Assembly: GCA_963766325.1 (NCBI GenBank)
Contig: CAVXZF010000001.1
Span: 113,447-177,446, forward strand
DNA from: an uncultured Actinomycetota bacterium
GTDB taxonomy: Bacteria > Actinomycetota > Actinomycetes > Mycobacteriales > CADCTP01
Direction: 5' to 3'
DNA: 64,000 nucleotides
This document shows, piece after piece, positions 19,311-27,332 of the stretch. The notes beneath the pieces were generated by a model. It had not been told where the DNA came from. It saw only the letters and a list, made by a program, of their open reading frames with translations, and did not search any database. Numbering within the stretch: the stretch's first letter is position 1; each line of letters begins with the position of its first letter. The translations under genes and the position numbers were made by a program.

Positions 19311-20516
19311 GTGCGCCGGCGGGTGGCCGTCACCGGGCTGGGCCCGGTGTCGAGCATCGGGATCGGGGTGGACGAGTTCGCCGCCGGGCTGCGGGCCGGG
19401 CGCTCCGGGATCGGCCCGGTGGCGAGCTTCGACACCACCGGCTTCCCGCACTTCATGGCCGGGGAGGTCGTCGACTTCGAGCCGAAGGCGCTGGTCCGCT
19501 CGGTGGAGCCGGACCAGTGGGGGCGCTCCAGCCTGTTCGCCGCCGCCGCGGCCCGGCTGGCGGTGACCGACTCCGGGATCGACCTCGAGGTGCTGGCCGC
19601 GGCCCGGGCCGGCTCCAGCATCGGCACCACCAGCGGTGAGTCGCAGCTGGTGGAGTCGCTGGCCGCGGCCTGGCTGCACGCCGGCCTGCCGGCGCTGTCC
19701 GGCGACCTGACCCGGCGGCTGCCCGCGGCCCGGCTGGCCGTCGCGGTCAACCGCGAGCTCGGGCTGACCGGCGAGGCGGTCACCGTGTCCACCGCCTGCT
19801 CGGCCGCCAACCACGCCCTCGGCTACGCGTACGACCAGGTCTCCTCCGGGGAGGCGGACTACATGGTGGCCGGCGGGGCCGACTCGGTCTGCCGGTCCGC
19901 GCACGCCGGCCACTTCCGGATGGGCGTGCTGGCCGCCCTGGCCTGCGCGCCGTTCGACAAGGACCGCAGCGGCATCCTCACCGGCGAGGGCGGGGCGGTG
20001 CTGTTCCTGGAGCCGCTGGACGGCGCGCTGGCCCGGGGCGCCCGGGTGTACGCCGAGATGCTCGGCTACGCCGCCAACTTCGCCGCCGGCTTCCCGGCCG
20101 CGCACCCCGGCCCGATCGCCGACTGCATCCGCCGCGCGCACGCCAACGCCGGGGTGCGGCCCGGCGAGGTGGACTACATCTGCGCGCACGGGGTCGGCAC
20201 CCCGGCCGACGACGCGGCCGAGTTCGCCGCCGTGCGGGACGTCTTCGGCGACCGGCCGCCGCCGATCAGCTCGATCAAGTCGATGATCGGCCACACCATG
20301 GGTGCGGCCAGCGGCTTCGGCGCGATCGCGGCCGCGCTGGCCATCACCCGCGGCTTCCTGCCGCCGACCGTCAACTTCCGCACCCCGGACGAGACCATGA
20401 CCAACATCGACCCGGTCGCCAACGCGTCCCGGCCGGCCGCGGTCGACGTGGTGCAGAACAACTGCTTCGCCGCCGGCGGGAGCAACGCGGTCACCGTGCT
20501 CGGGCGGGCCGCGTGA
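19311..20516 (+). CDS. Beta-ketoacyl synthase, type II PKS/FAS KS-alpha-like
   Basis: Active-site Cys context VSTACSAANHA. Catalytic His contexts ICAHGVGTP and SMIGHTMGAASG. Confidence 0.85.
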   Translation: MRRRVAVTGLGPVSSIGIGVDEFAAGLRAGRSGIGPVASFDTTGFPHFMAGEVVDFEPKALVRSVEPDQWGRSSLFAAAAARLAVTDSGIDLEVLAAARAGSSIGTTSGESQLVESLAAAWLHAGLPALSGDLTRRLPAARLAVAVNRELGLTGEAVTVSTACSAANHALGYAYDQVSSGEADYMVAGGADSVCRSAHAGHFRMGVLAALACAPFDKDRSGILTGEGGAVLFLEPLDGALARGARVYAEMLGYAANFAAGFPAAHPGPIADCIRRAHANAGVRPGEVDYICAHGVGTPADDAAEFAAVRDVFGDRPPPISSIKSMIGHTMGAASGFGAIAAALAITRGFLPPTVNFRTPDETMTNIDPVANASRPAAVDVVQNNCFAAGGSNAVTVLGRAA

Positions 20517-21775
20517 CCGCGCCGGCGCCCCCGCGCCGGCCGCGCCGGGCCGGCACCGGCACGCTCGGCATCTCCGGCTGGGGCGCGGTCAGCTCGGCCG
20601 GCGCCCGCACCGAGGACTTCACCGCGGCCGTGCTCGCCGGCCCGGCCGGGCCGGCCCACGTGGACGGGCTGTTCGACGAGGCGCTGCCGGGCGACGAGGC
20701 GTACGCGCTGCTCGACTTCGCGGTGCCCGACCACCTCGGCCGGGAGAACACCGCCGGCGGTGCCGGCGCTGCCGGCTTCGCCGGCGTCGACCGGGCCACC
20801 GCGCTCGCCCTGGTCGCCTGCGGGCAGGCGCTGGCCGACAGCGACCTGACCGTGGACGACGGCAACCGGCACCGGGTCGGGGTGGTGCTCGGCACCACGC
20901 TGGGCAGCCTGCGCTCGGCCAGCGACTGCAGCCGGCAGACGCTGGTGCGGGAGCGGCCGTACCTGGTCGACCCGCAGCTGTTCGCCAACACCGGGCTGCA
21001 CCGGGCGGCCGGCCGGGCCGCCGGCTGGTTCGGCCTCACCGGGGTCAACGCCACCGTGGCGGGCGCCCAGCTGGCCGGGCTGGCCGCGCTGCGCTACGCC
21101 GGCAGCCAGCTGCGCCGCGGGCACGCCGACGCGCTGCTGGCCGGCGGGGTGGAGGAGCTCAGCCCGCACGCGGCCTGGGTGGCCGAGCACACCTTCCGGG
21201 GCGAGGAGCACCGGGTGCCGGTGGGGGAGGGCGCCGGCGTCTTCGTCGTCGAGGACGCCGCCGCGATGCGGGCCGCCGGCCGCCGGCCCCAGGCGGAGGT
21301 GCTCGCGGTCGAGATCGGGCAGTACGCCCCGCCGGGCGGCGACCCGGACCCGGCCACCGGGCTGGCCCGGTGCATCACCGACGCGCTGGCCACCGCCGGC
21401 GTCGCGCCGGCCGACGTGTGGGCGGTGGCGACGGGGGAGAGCGGCGTACGGGCGCTGGACCTGGTGGAGCAGGAGGCGGTCGACCGGGTGGTCCGGCACG
21501 CCCGCTGCCTGCGGGTGAAGGAGACGGTCGGGGACGGGCCGGCCGCGGCCGCCTCGCTGCAGCTGGCCGGGCTGCTCGCCCACCACCGGGCCGCGCCGGT
21601 CCTGGACGGCCGGGTCTCGCTGGTCACGTCCTGCTCGCCGGACGGCGCGGTCGGCGTCGCGGTGGTCCGCGCCTGGTCCCGGCCCGCGGCCGAGCGGGCC
21701 CCGGCCGAGCAGTCCCCGGCCGGCCACTCCCCGGCCGGGGCGTGGCCGGCCGGGGCCTGGCCGCGGCCTGGCTAG
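20513..21775 (+). CDS. KS-beta / chain-length-factor-like ketosynthase partner (no active-site Cys)
   Basis: KS fold, but the Cys position reads NATVAGAQLAG (Gln in place of Cys, as in CLFs). 4-nt overlap with the KS-alpha gene. Pro/Ala-rich C-terminal tail. Confidence 0.75.
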   Translation: MTAPAPPRRPRRAGTGTLGISGWGAVSSAGARTEDFTAAVLAGPAGPAHVDGLFDEALPGDEAYALLDFAVPDHLGRENTAGGAGAAGFAGVDRATALALVACGQALADSDLTVDDGNRHRVGVVLGTTLGSLRSASDCSRQTLVRERPYLVDPQLFANTGLHRAAGRAAGWFGLTGVNATVAGAQLAGLAALRYAGSQLRRGHADALLAGGVEELSPHAAWVAEHTFRGEEHRVPVGEGAGVFVVEDAAAMRAAGRRPQAEVLAVEIGQYAPPGGDPDPATGLARCITDALATAGVAPADVWAVATGESGVRALDLVEQEAVDRVVRHARCLRVKETVGDGPAAAASLQLAGLLAHHRAAPVLDGRVSLVTSCSPDGAVGVAVVRAWSRPAAERAPAEQSPAGHSPAGAWPAGAWPRPG

Positions 21776-22851
21776 CCGCCGCCGGCCCGGACCAGCCCGC
21801 CGGCGGCGAAGACCGCCTCCACCTCGGGGTCGTCCAGCGCGCCCAGCTGGGCGAAGTAGCGGACCATCTGCCGGGTGGTGGACCAGGTGTAGTCGCGGAC
21901 CAGGTCGGCCGGGAACACCTCGGCCACCACCTGCTCGCCCTCGTCCCGGCTGAGCCCGGCGGCGAGCAGGTCGTCGCCGACCGCGGCCGCGTCCGGCCGC
22001 AGGAAGCAGTCGACCAGCGCCGGCACCAGCAGCGCGGCGGCCCGCCGGTCGCCCGGGTCGAGCTGGCCCCACAGCTGGCGGAGGAACAGCGCGAAGTAGC
22101 GGTGGTGCCGGCCCTCGTCGGCGAGGTGGTCGCGCAGCACCTCGCGCACCGCGGCGGCCACCCCGGGGTCGTCGGGCACCTCGGCCAGCGTGGCCGAGAT
22201 CAGCGTCTCCGAGATGATCACGAACATCAGGTCGACCAGCGGTCGGGTCCGCTCGTCGGCCGCCGCCCGGACCCCGGCCAGCCGGCGCAGGAAGAACGGC
22301 TCCGGCGGCAGCGCCGGCCGGACCCCGGTCGCCTCCCGGACCTGGATGATCAGGTCGGCGGAGAAGAGCGCGTGGTACGCCTCGTCGCAGTAGATCTTGT
22401 ACGCGTCCAGCCGCATCGCCTCGGGCAGCTGCAGCCCGAGCGTGTCGTGTGCGATGCCGAGCACGGTCCGGTTGACCACCACGTGTTCGAGCCGGGCAGT
22501 GAAATCGAGATATCGGTAGAGGTGCTGCACGAGCAATGTCCGGAACCGGTCCGCCGGCAATGCGCGCACCAGCGGGTGCCGGGCGACCGGGACGAGGTCG
22601 GGGGAGAAGAAGTGCGGCGCCGGGTCGTCCGGGGCGAGCATCCGGCGCGGTTGGGAGCGGACGGTGGACTTCTCGTACCAGGACCGGAACGGGCTGCGGT
22701 AGTCGCCACCAGCCATGTCGGCCTCGGCAGCCAGCGCGTCGGTCAACTCCCGGCGCGGGCAGACCGCCGCCGCGGGGCACCCGATGAACATACCGATCGT
22801 GCCGCACATGCGGGCGATCAACTCCATCCGGACACAGGGCTCCCCAACCAT
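21772..22851 (-). CDS. AurF-like (p-aminobenzoate N-oxygenase family) di-iron oxygenase
   Basis: Carboxylate/His ligand blocks YCDEAYHALF, ISETLISATL and ADEGRHHRYF. An alternative start is ATG at 22716 (MAGGDYRSPFRSWYEKS). The stop overlaps the convergent CLF stop in a CTAG. Confidence 0.75.
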   Translation of the reverse strand: MVGEPCVRMELIARMCGTIGMFIGCPAAAVCPRRELTDALAAEADMAGGDYRSPFRSWYEKSTVRSQPRRMLAPDDPAPHFFSPDLVPVARHPLVRALPADRFRTLLVQHLYRYLDFTARLEHVVVNRTVLGIAHDTLGLQLPEAMRLDAYKIYCDEAYHALFSADLIIQVREATGVRPALPPEPFFLRRLAGVRAAADERTRPLVDLMFVIISETLISATLAEVPDDPGVAAAVREVLRDHLADEGRHHRYFALFLRQLWGQLDPGDRRAAALLVPALVDCFLRPDAAAVGDDLLAAGLSRDEGEQVVAEVFPADLVRDYTWSTTRQMVRYFAQLGALDDPEVEAVFAAGGLVRAGGG

Positions 22852-23054
22852 ACCTGCGGGTCACGAATCGTGCGATGTGAGGGTGGAGCGCCATGATCGG
22901 AAGAAGCGGTTCGAACAGGGAGGGTTGACTTGTCGTCGCCCAATCCTCTAGAAAAATCGTGCGTCGGCGCTATCTGGCGGGCCACGACGGTGCCTCCGGA
23001 CGTCCGGGGTCTCCGTCACCACACCCGTCTCGCGACGAGCAGCAGGGAAGGCTG

Positions 23055-23132
23055 GTGAGCCAGATGCGCAAGTACAGCAAGCCTGTCGTCAAGACGGTGG
23101 AGAAGGGCACGATCTTCGCGGCCGCCGCGTAG
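23055..23132 (+). CDS. Candidate ribosomal precursor/scaffold peptide: (VSQ)MRKYSKPVVKTVEKGTIFAAAA
   Basis: Not in the ORF track because it is shorter than 60 aa. GGGAAGG lies upstream. Alternative start is ATG at 23064. 24 of 25 codons end in G/C. The in-frame upstream extension to GTG 22959 has 10 of 32 A/T-ending codons. It has a YxxP leader-like motif. It lies 126 bp upstream of an AsnB homologue carrying an RRE, on the same strand. Confidence 0.45.
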   Translation: MSQMRKYSKPVVKTVEKGTIFAAAA

Positions 23133-23258
23133 CTCGGCCCGCGGCGGGGCCGTGCTCGCCCCAGGCGGCACGGCTCCGCCGTTCCCGACCCGGCTCCGCC
23201 GGTCTGTCGTCACCCGGCCGGTCCCGACCGCCCGGCCCCGGCGAGGAGGGGTGCCCTG

Positions 23259-25490
23259 GTGTGTGGCTTGGCCGGTCTGGCGCGACTGCACGGGGCGCCC
23301 CTGGAGGAGTCGGCGGACGCCGTGCTGGCCGGGATGGCCCGCGCGGTGGCCCACCGCGGCCCGGACGAGACCGTGGTGCGGCGGGACGGCCCGGTCGGGC
23401 TCGCCTTCACCCGGCTGTCCCTGGTCGACCCCGAGGGCGGCGGCCAGCCGCTGGAGAGCGCGGACGGCAGCGCGGTGCTGATCGCCAACGGCGAGGTCTA
23501 CAACCACCGCGCGCTCGCGGCCACCCTGCCGCCGGACGTGCGGCTGCGCACCGGCTCCGACTGCGAGGTGCTGGTCCATCTCTACCGCGAGCGCGGCCTG
23601 CGCTTCTTCGACGACGTGCACGGCATGGTGTCGATCGTCATCTGGGACAGGCGGGAGCAGCGGCTGCTGCTGGTCCGGGACCGGTTCGCGATCAAGCCGC
23701 TCTACTGGGCCCGGATCGGCGACCGGATCGCGTTCAGCTCGGAGATGAAGGCGCTGCTCGGCGTCCCCGGTTGCCCGCGCGCGCTGGACTGGGGCCTGGC
23801 CCTGTCCGACCAGGCGCTGACCAGCGAGGCGGTGACCGAGCCGGGCCGGCCGACCAGCTGGTTCACCGGGATCGAGCAGGTGCCGGCCGGCACCATCGTC
23901 GACATCGACCTGCGCACCGGCGAGGCCCGCGAGCACCGCTACTGGTCGCTCGACATCGGCGGCGCCGGCAGTGACGGTGCGGCGGCGCCCTCCGACGAGG
24001 AGTACGTCCGCCGCTACGCCGAGCTGCTCGACGAGTCGGTCCGCGACTGCCTGATGGCCGACGTGGAGATCGGCCTGTTCCTCTCCGGCGGGGTCGACTC
24101 GGCCGCGGTCGCCGCGCTCGCCGCCCGGGCCGGGGCCAACCTGCACACCTTCACCGCGCTGTCCGGCGCGACCGCGCTCAACGGCGACGCCGAGCACGCC
24201 CACCTGGCCGCCGGCCAGCTCGGCCTGCCCAACCACCAGGTCCTCTTCGACGCCCGGCGGGTGCCGTCGGTGACCGAGTGGGAGCGGCTGCTCTGGCTCA
24301 CCGAGATGCCGCAGTGCGGTCCCGAGCAGTTCTACAAGTTCGAGCTGCACCGGTACGCCAAGGCGGTCCGGCCCGGGGTCAAGGCGATGCTGCTGGGCGC
24401 CGCCGCGGACGAGTACGCCGGCGGCTACACCGAGCTGATGGCGCTCGGCGGCGGCTGGCCCGGCTTCCTGGAGGTCGCCGGCCGGCTGGCCCGGACCCGG
24501 GCGCTGCGCCGCCGGCCGGGGCTCGCCACCTGGTGGGACGGGTCCCAGCCGGCGCTGCTCACCGACGCCGTGGTGGACGCCTTCGCCGAGCCGCCCGGGG
24601 ACCCGTACGCGGCCTTCGTGCGCTGGAAGGCCCGCGACATCGTGCAGTACAACTGCTGGCACGAGGACCGCACCGCCGGCGGCAACGGCATCGAGGCCCG
24701 GGTGCCGTTCCTGGACCACCGGCTGGTCGAGCTGGCCGCCTCCGTGCCGCCGGAGCGGCGCGAGCGGCTGCTGTGGGACAAGCGGATGGTCCGGGAGGCG
24801 GTCCGCGACGTGCTGCCGCCGGTGCTCGCCGAGCGGGAGAAGGTGCCGTTCTTCCACGGCGAGGGCGTGCGCTACGCGCACCGCACCTTCATCGCCATGC
24901 TGGCCCAGGACGGCGCCGAGCTGGTCGAGCGGGCCTGCGCCTCGCCCAACGGGCAGCGCTTCCTCGACCGCGGCGCGATGCTGGGCCACCTCGCCGACCT
25001 GCAGCGCGACCCGGCCGCCGGGCACGTCGAGACGCTGCTCCGGCTGGTCAACCTGGGCCTGCTGGACGCGATGCTCACCGACCTGCCGGCGCCCCCGGTG
25101 ACCACCGAGTTCGCGACCGTCCCGCAGGCCCGGCCGGTCACCGACTGGGCCGCCGAGCGAGCCGAGATCCTCGAGCTGACGCTGCCGCGGCGGCCGGTCG
25201 GCCCGGCCGACGTGCCCCGGCTCGCCGACGGCGTCGAGCTGCTCGCGCCGCTGGCCGAGGAGACCGGCGAGATCGTCTACGTCGCCGTGAACGGCCAGAT
25301 CGAGTACGTGGTGGCTGCCGCCGAGGACCCGGCCTGGCTGCGCTTCCTGCGCGGCGTGGACGGCCGCCGGTCGGTCGCCAAGCTGCTCGCCGACTCCGGC
25401 GACGAGCTCGCCGACGTCCGCGACGTGCTGCTGGACGCGGTGGAGTACGGCATCCTCGACCTGGCCGACCCGGCACCGGCGGAGGGCTGA
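23259..25490 (+). CDS. Asparagine synthetase (glutamine-hydrolysing) homologue with a C-terminal PqqD-like RiPP recognition element (RRE)
   Basis: GTG-Cys2 (MCGLAG) is the N-terminal nucleophile. Also present are RLSLVDPEGGGQP, NGEVYNH, SDCEV and the PP-loop LSGGVDSA. About 120 extra C-terminal aa (VPRLADGVELLAP..IVYVAVNGQIEYVV..AWLRFLRGVDGRRSVAKLLA..ELADVRDVLLDAVEYGILDL) fit the 3-strand plus 3-helix PqqD/RRE pattern. RBS is GAGGAGGGG. Confidence 0.85.
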   Translation: MCGLAGLARLHGAPLEESADAVLAGMARAVAHRGPDETVVRRDGPVGLAFTRLSLVDPEGGGQPLESADGSAVLIANGEVYNHRALAATLPPDVRLRTGSDCEVLVHLYRERGLRFFDDVHGMVSIVIWDRREQRLLLVRDRFAIKPLYWARIGDRIAFSSEMKALLGVPGCPRALDWGLALSDQALTSEAVTEPGRPTSWFTGIEQVPAGTIVDIDLRTGEAREHRYWSLDIGGAGSDGAAAPSDEEYVRRYAELLDESVRDCLMADVEIGLFLSGGVDSAAVAALAARAGANLHTFTALSGATALNGDAEHAHLAAGQLGLPNHQVLFDARRVPSVTEWERLLWLTEMPQCGPEQFYKFELHRYAKAVRPGVKAMLLGAAADEYAGGYTELMALGGGWPGFLEVAGRLARTRALRRRPGLATWWDGSQPALLTDAVVDAFAEPPGDPYAAFVRWKARDIVQYNCWHEDRTAGGNGIEARVPFLDHRLVELAASVPPERRERLLWDKRMVREAVRDVLPPVLAEREKVPFFHGEGVRYAHRTFIAMLAQDGAELVERACASPNGQRFLDRGAMLGHLADLQRDPAAGHVETLLRLVNLGLLDAMLTDLPAPPVTTEFATVPQARPVTDWAAERAEILELTLPRRPVGPADVPRLADGVELLAPLAEETGEIVYVAVNGQIEYVVAAAEDPAWLRFLRGVDGRRSVAKLLADSGDELADVRDVLLDAVEYGILDLADPAPAEG

Positions 25491-25491
25491 C

Positions 25492-26289
25492 ATGGGGATG
25501 GACACCTCGACCGCGGTCGCCGAGCTCACCGCGGCCGGCCTGCTGCCGGCCGAGCGGCACGCGGTGCTGGTGGTCGGCTCGGTCGCCTGGGGCTGGGACA
25601 CCCCGACCAGCGACCTCGACCTGTGCGTGGTCGCCCCGCGGCAGTGGCCGGGCGGGCCGGACGGCCCGACCAACCCGGTCAGCTCGCTGCCGGTGCTGCT
25701 GGAGCCGGACGACATCAAGGTCGAGGTGACCAAGGTCGCCGGCCGCCCCTGCCAGCTGAAGTACTGGACCGACGCCCAGGTCACCCAGACCCTGGGCAAG
25801 GTCGGCTGGGACGCGTTCGAGTCCGGTGCGCTGACCCAGGGCGTGCTCAGCGCCGAGGAGTACGCGCTGCTCCAGATCCTGCCCCGGGCCATCCCGCTGG
25901 AGGGCGCGGACTGGCTGCGGGTGGCGCAGGAGCGGCTGCACGCCTCGGCCGCCCGGGCGATGGCCTGCCAGCGGCTGCTGGCGTTCTCCGACGGGCTCGC
26001 CGAGGACGCGGCCGGTCACATCCGGGCCGGCGACACCGACAGCGCGGTGCTCACCGCCTGGCTGGCGTACGGGCGGGCGGTCGACGCGGTGATGGCCAGC
26101 CACGGCGAGCTGGCCGACAACCCGAAGTGGCGGGCCCGCCGGGTCCGCGAGATGGCCGTGCCGGAGCTGCCGTACGCGGACTTCTGGGCGGTGACCACGA
26201 TGCGCGACCTGGACCCGGACGATCCGGTGCGGTGGGTCACCCGGACCGTCCGGGCCTGCCAGCAGCTGGCCGCGCGGGTCGACTTCTAG
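25492..26289 (+). CDS. Pol-beta-superfamily nucleotidyltransferase-domain protein with a helical C-terminal domain
   Basis: GSVAWGWDTPTSDLDLCVV (G[SG]...D.D NTase motif). It starts 1 nt after the AsnB-RRE stop. Confidence 0.65.
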   Translation: MGMDTSTAVAELTAAGLLPAERHAVLVVGSVAWGWDTPTSDLDLCVVAPRQWPGGPDGPTNPVSSLPVLLEPDDIKVEVTKVAGRPCQLKYWTDAQVTQTLGKVGWDAFESGALTQGVLSAEEYALLQILPRAIPLEGADWLRVAQERLHASAARAMACQRLLAFSDGLAEDAAGHIRAGDTDSAVLTAWLAYGRAVDAVMASHGELADNPKWRARRVREMAVPELPYADFWAVTTMRDLDPDDPVRWVTRTVRACQQLAARVDF

Positions 26290-26290
26290 G

Positions 26291-26345
26291 CCGTGTCTCG
26301 ACCCGCTGGCGGCGCGGGCCGAGAGACACGCCTAGGGTGTGTCTG
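26291..26345. terminator. Imperfect inverted repeat (CGTGTCTCG ... CGAGAGACACG) followed by a CCTAGG-centred palindrome AGACACGCCTAGGGTGTGTCT, between convergent genes
   Basis: Read directly from the sequence. It contains a third copy of the 14-mer CTAGGGTGTGTCTG also seen at 6219 and 6277 (reverse complement). Confidence 0.4.
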
Positions 26346-27318
26346 GGCGAGGGCTGCCGGCCGGGCCGGCGCCGGCCCGCCAGTCGGCCGCCCGGACCGA
26401 GCCGATCGCCTTGCCGATCCCGGGCACGTCGGAGTTGATGAAGCAGGCGCCCAGCAGGGCCAGGTCCCACTCGTCGAGCTTGACCCCGGTGTCGGCGACG
26501 GCCGCGGCGAACGGCGCCCAGGCGATCGGCCCGCCGGCCCGCATCCGGTCCAGGTCGGTCCGCAGCCGGTCCGCGGCCGGTCCGGTCCGGCGCTCGTCCG
26601 GCAGCGCGGCCAGCGCGTCGGCGGCCCGCTCCACGGCGGCGGCGGCGTCCATGTCCCGGACCACCCGGCGGTCGGCCTCCAGCGCCTCGTCCAGCAGCGC
26701 CCGGTCGGCGGCCGGCAGCGGCGCCCGGTCCCGCAGCGCGGCCAGCACCCGGGCCCGCGGCGCGGGCTCCAGCAGGATGCCCAGCTCGCGGACGAGGTCG
26801 ACCGGCTCGTCGGCGACGTGCACGTAGCTGAACACCTTGGCCGGCTGGCCCAGCCGGGCGCGCAGGCAGCCCGGCCACTGGTCGGCGACGTCGGCCGGGC
26901 CCTTGAGCCCGGCCAGCCGCACGGTGGCCGGCACGTCGCCGGGGTCGTCGTGCCGCAGCGCCAGCAACAGCGCCGGCCGGCGCAGGATCAGGTCGTTGAC
27001 CGCCAGCCGGTCCCAGCTGGCCGGGGTGAGCTGGTAGCGCCACAGCTCCCGCCAGGTGAAGCGGGTCAGCACCGGCCGCTCGACCGCGAGCACGGTGAAG
27101 CCCTCGTCGGCCAGGAAGCCGTGCACGGTGCCGAGCTTGCCGGCGGCCAGCCCGTCCGGCTTCATCATCAGCGTCGCGCCGTGCCACAGCACCCCGGCGG
27201 CGTCGTCGCCGAGCACCTCGTGCGTGCTGCGCAGCGACTCCCGGAAGTAGACCTCGTCGCGGTAGTGCTCGGCCTTCTCCGCCGAGCGGGTGAGCGCGGA
27301 CCAGTCCAGGGTGGCGAT
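26332..27318 (-). CDS. Nucleoside-diphosphate-kinase-fold protein with a roughly 150-aa helical C-terminal domain (paralogue 1)
   Basis: C-terminal part of track ORF 26332..28119. NDK-like blocks LMMKPDGLAAGKLGTVHGFLADEGFTV and SYVHVADEPVDLVRELGILL (His in the NDK phospho-His context). It is a paralogue of 29639..30619. No canonical start follows the strong RBS GGAGAGGAG (ATC 27318, CTG 27309), so the start is uncertain. Confidence 0.6.
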   Translation of the reverse strand: MATLDWSALTRSAEKAEHYRDEVYFRESLRSTHEVLGDDAAGVLWHGATLMMKPDGLAAGKLGTVHGFLADEGFTVLAVERPVLTRFTWRELWRYQLTPASWDRLAVNDLILRRPALLLALRHDDPGDVPATVRLAGLKGPADVADQWPGCLRARLGQPAKVFSYVHVADEPVDLVRELGILLEPAPRARVLAALRDRAPLPAADRALLDEALEADRRVVRDMDAAAAVERAADALAALPDERRTGPAADRLRTDLDRMRAGGPIAWAPFAAAVADTGVKLDEWDLALLGACFINSDVPGIGKAIGSVRAADWRAGAGPAGSPRPDTP

Positions 27319-27332
27319 GACGGCTCCTCTCC

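Noticed and set aside
22959-23132. Longer 57-aa version of the peptide ORF, starting at GTG 22959.
   Set aside because: The upstream 32 codons have many A/T-ending codons (10/32) and an Arg/Pro/Ser/Gly composition. GC3 becomes coding-like only from about 23055. The RBS-like GGGAAGG lies internal to the long version.
23055-25490. Interpreting the short peptide plus Asn-synthetase homologue as a lasso-peptide locus.
   Set aside because: No B2 (transglutaminase-like) leader peptidase is present in the window. With Y at -17 the core would be only a few alanines, with no Gly1 or Asp/Glu acceptor. The AsnB homologue keeps the Cys2 glutaminase nucleophile, which as far as I recall lasso cyclases usually lack. 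Only the leader-like YxxP motif and the RRE logic are retained.
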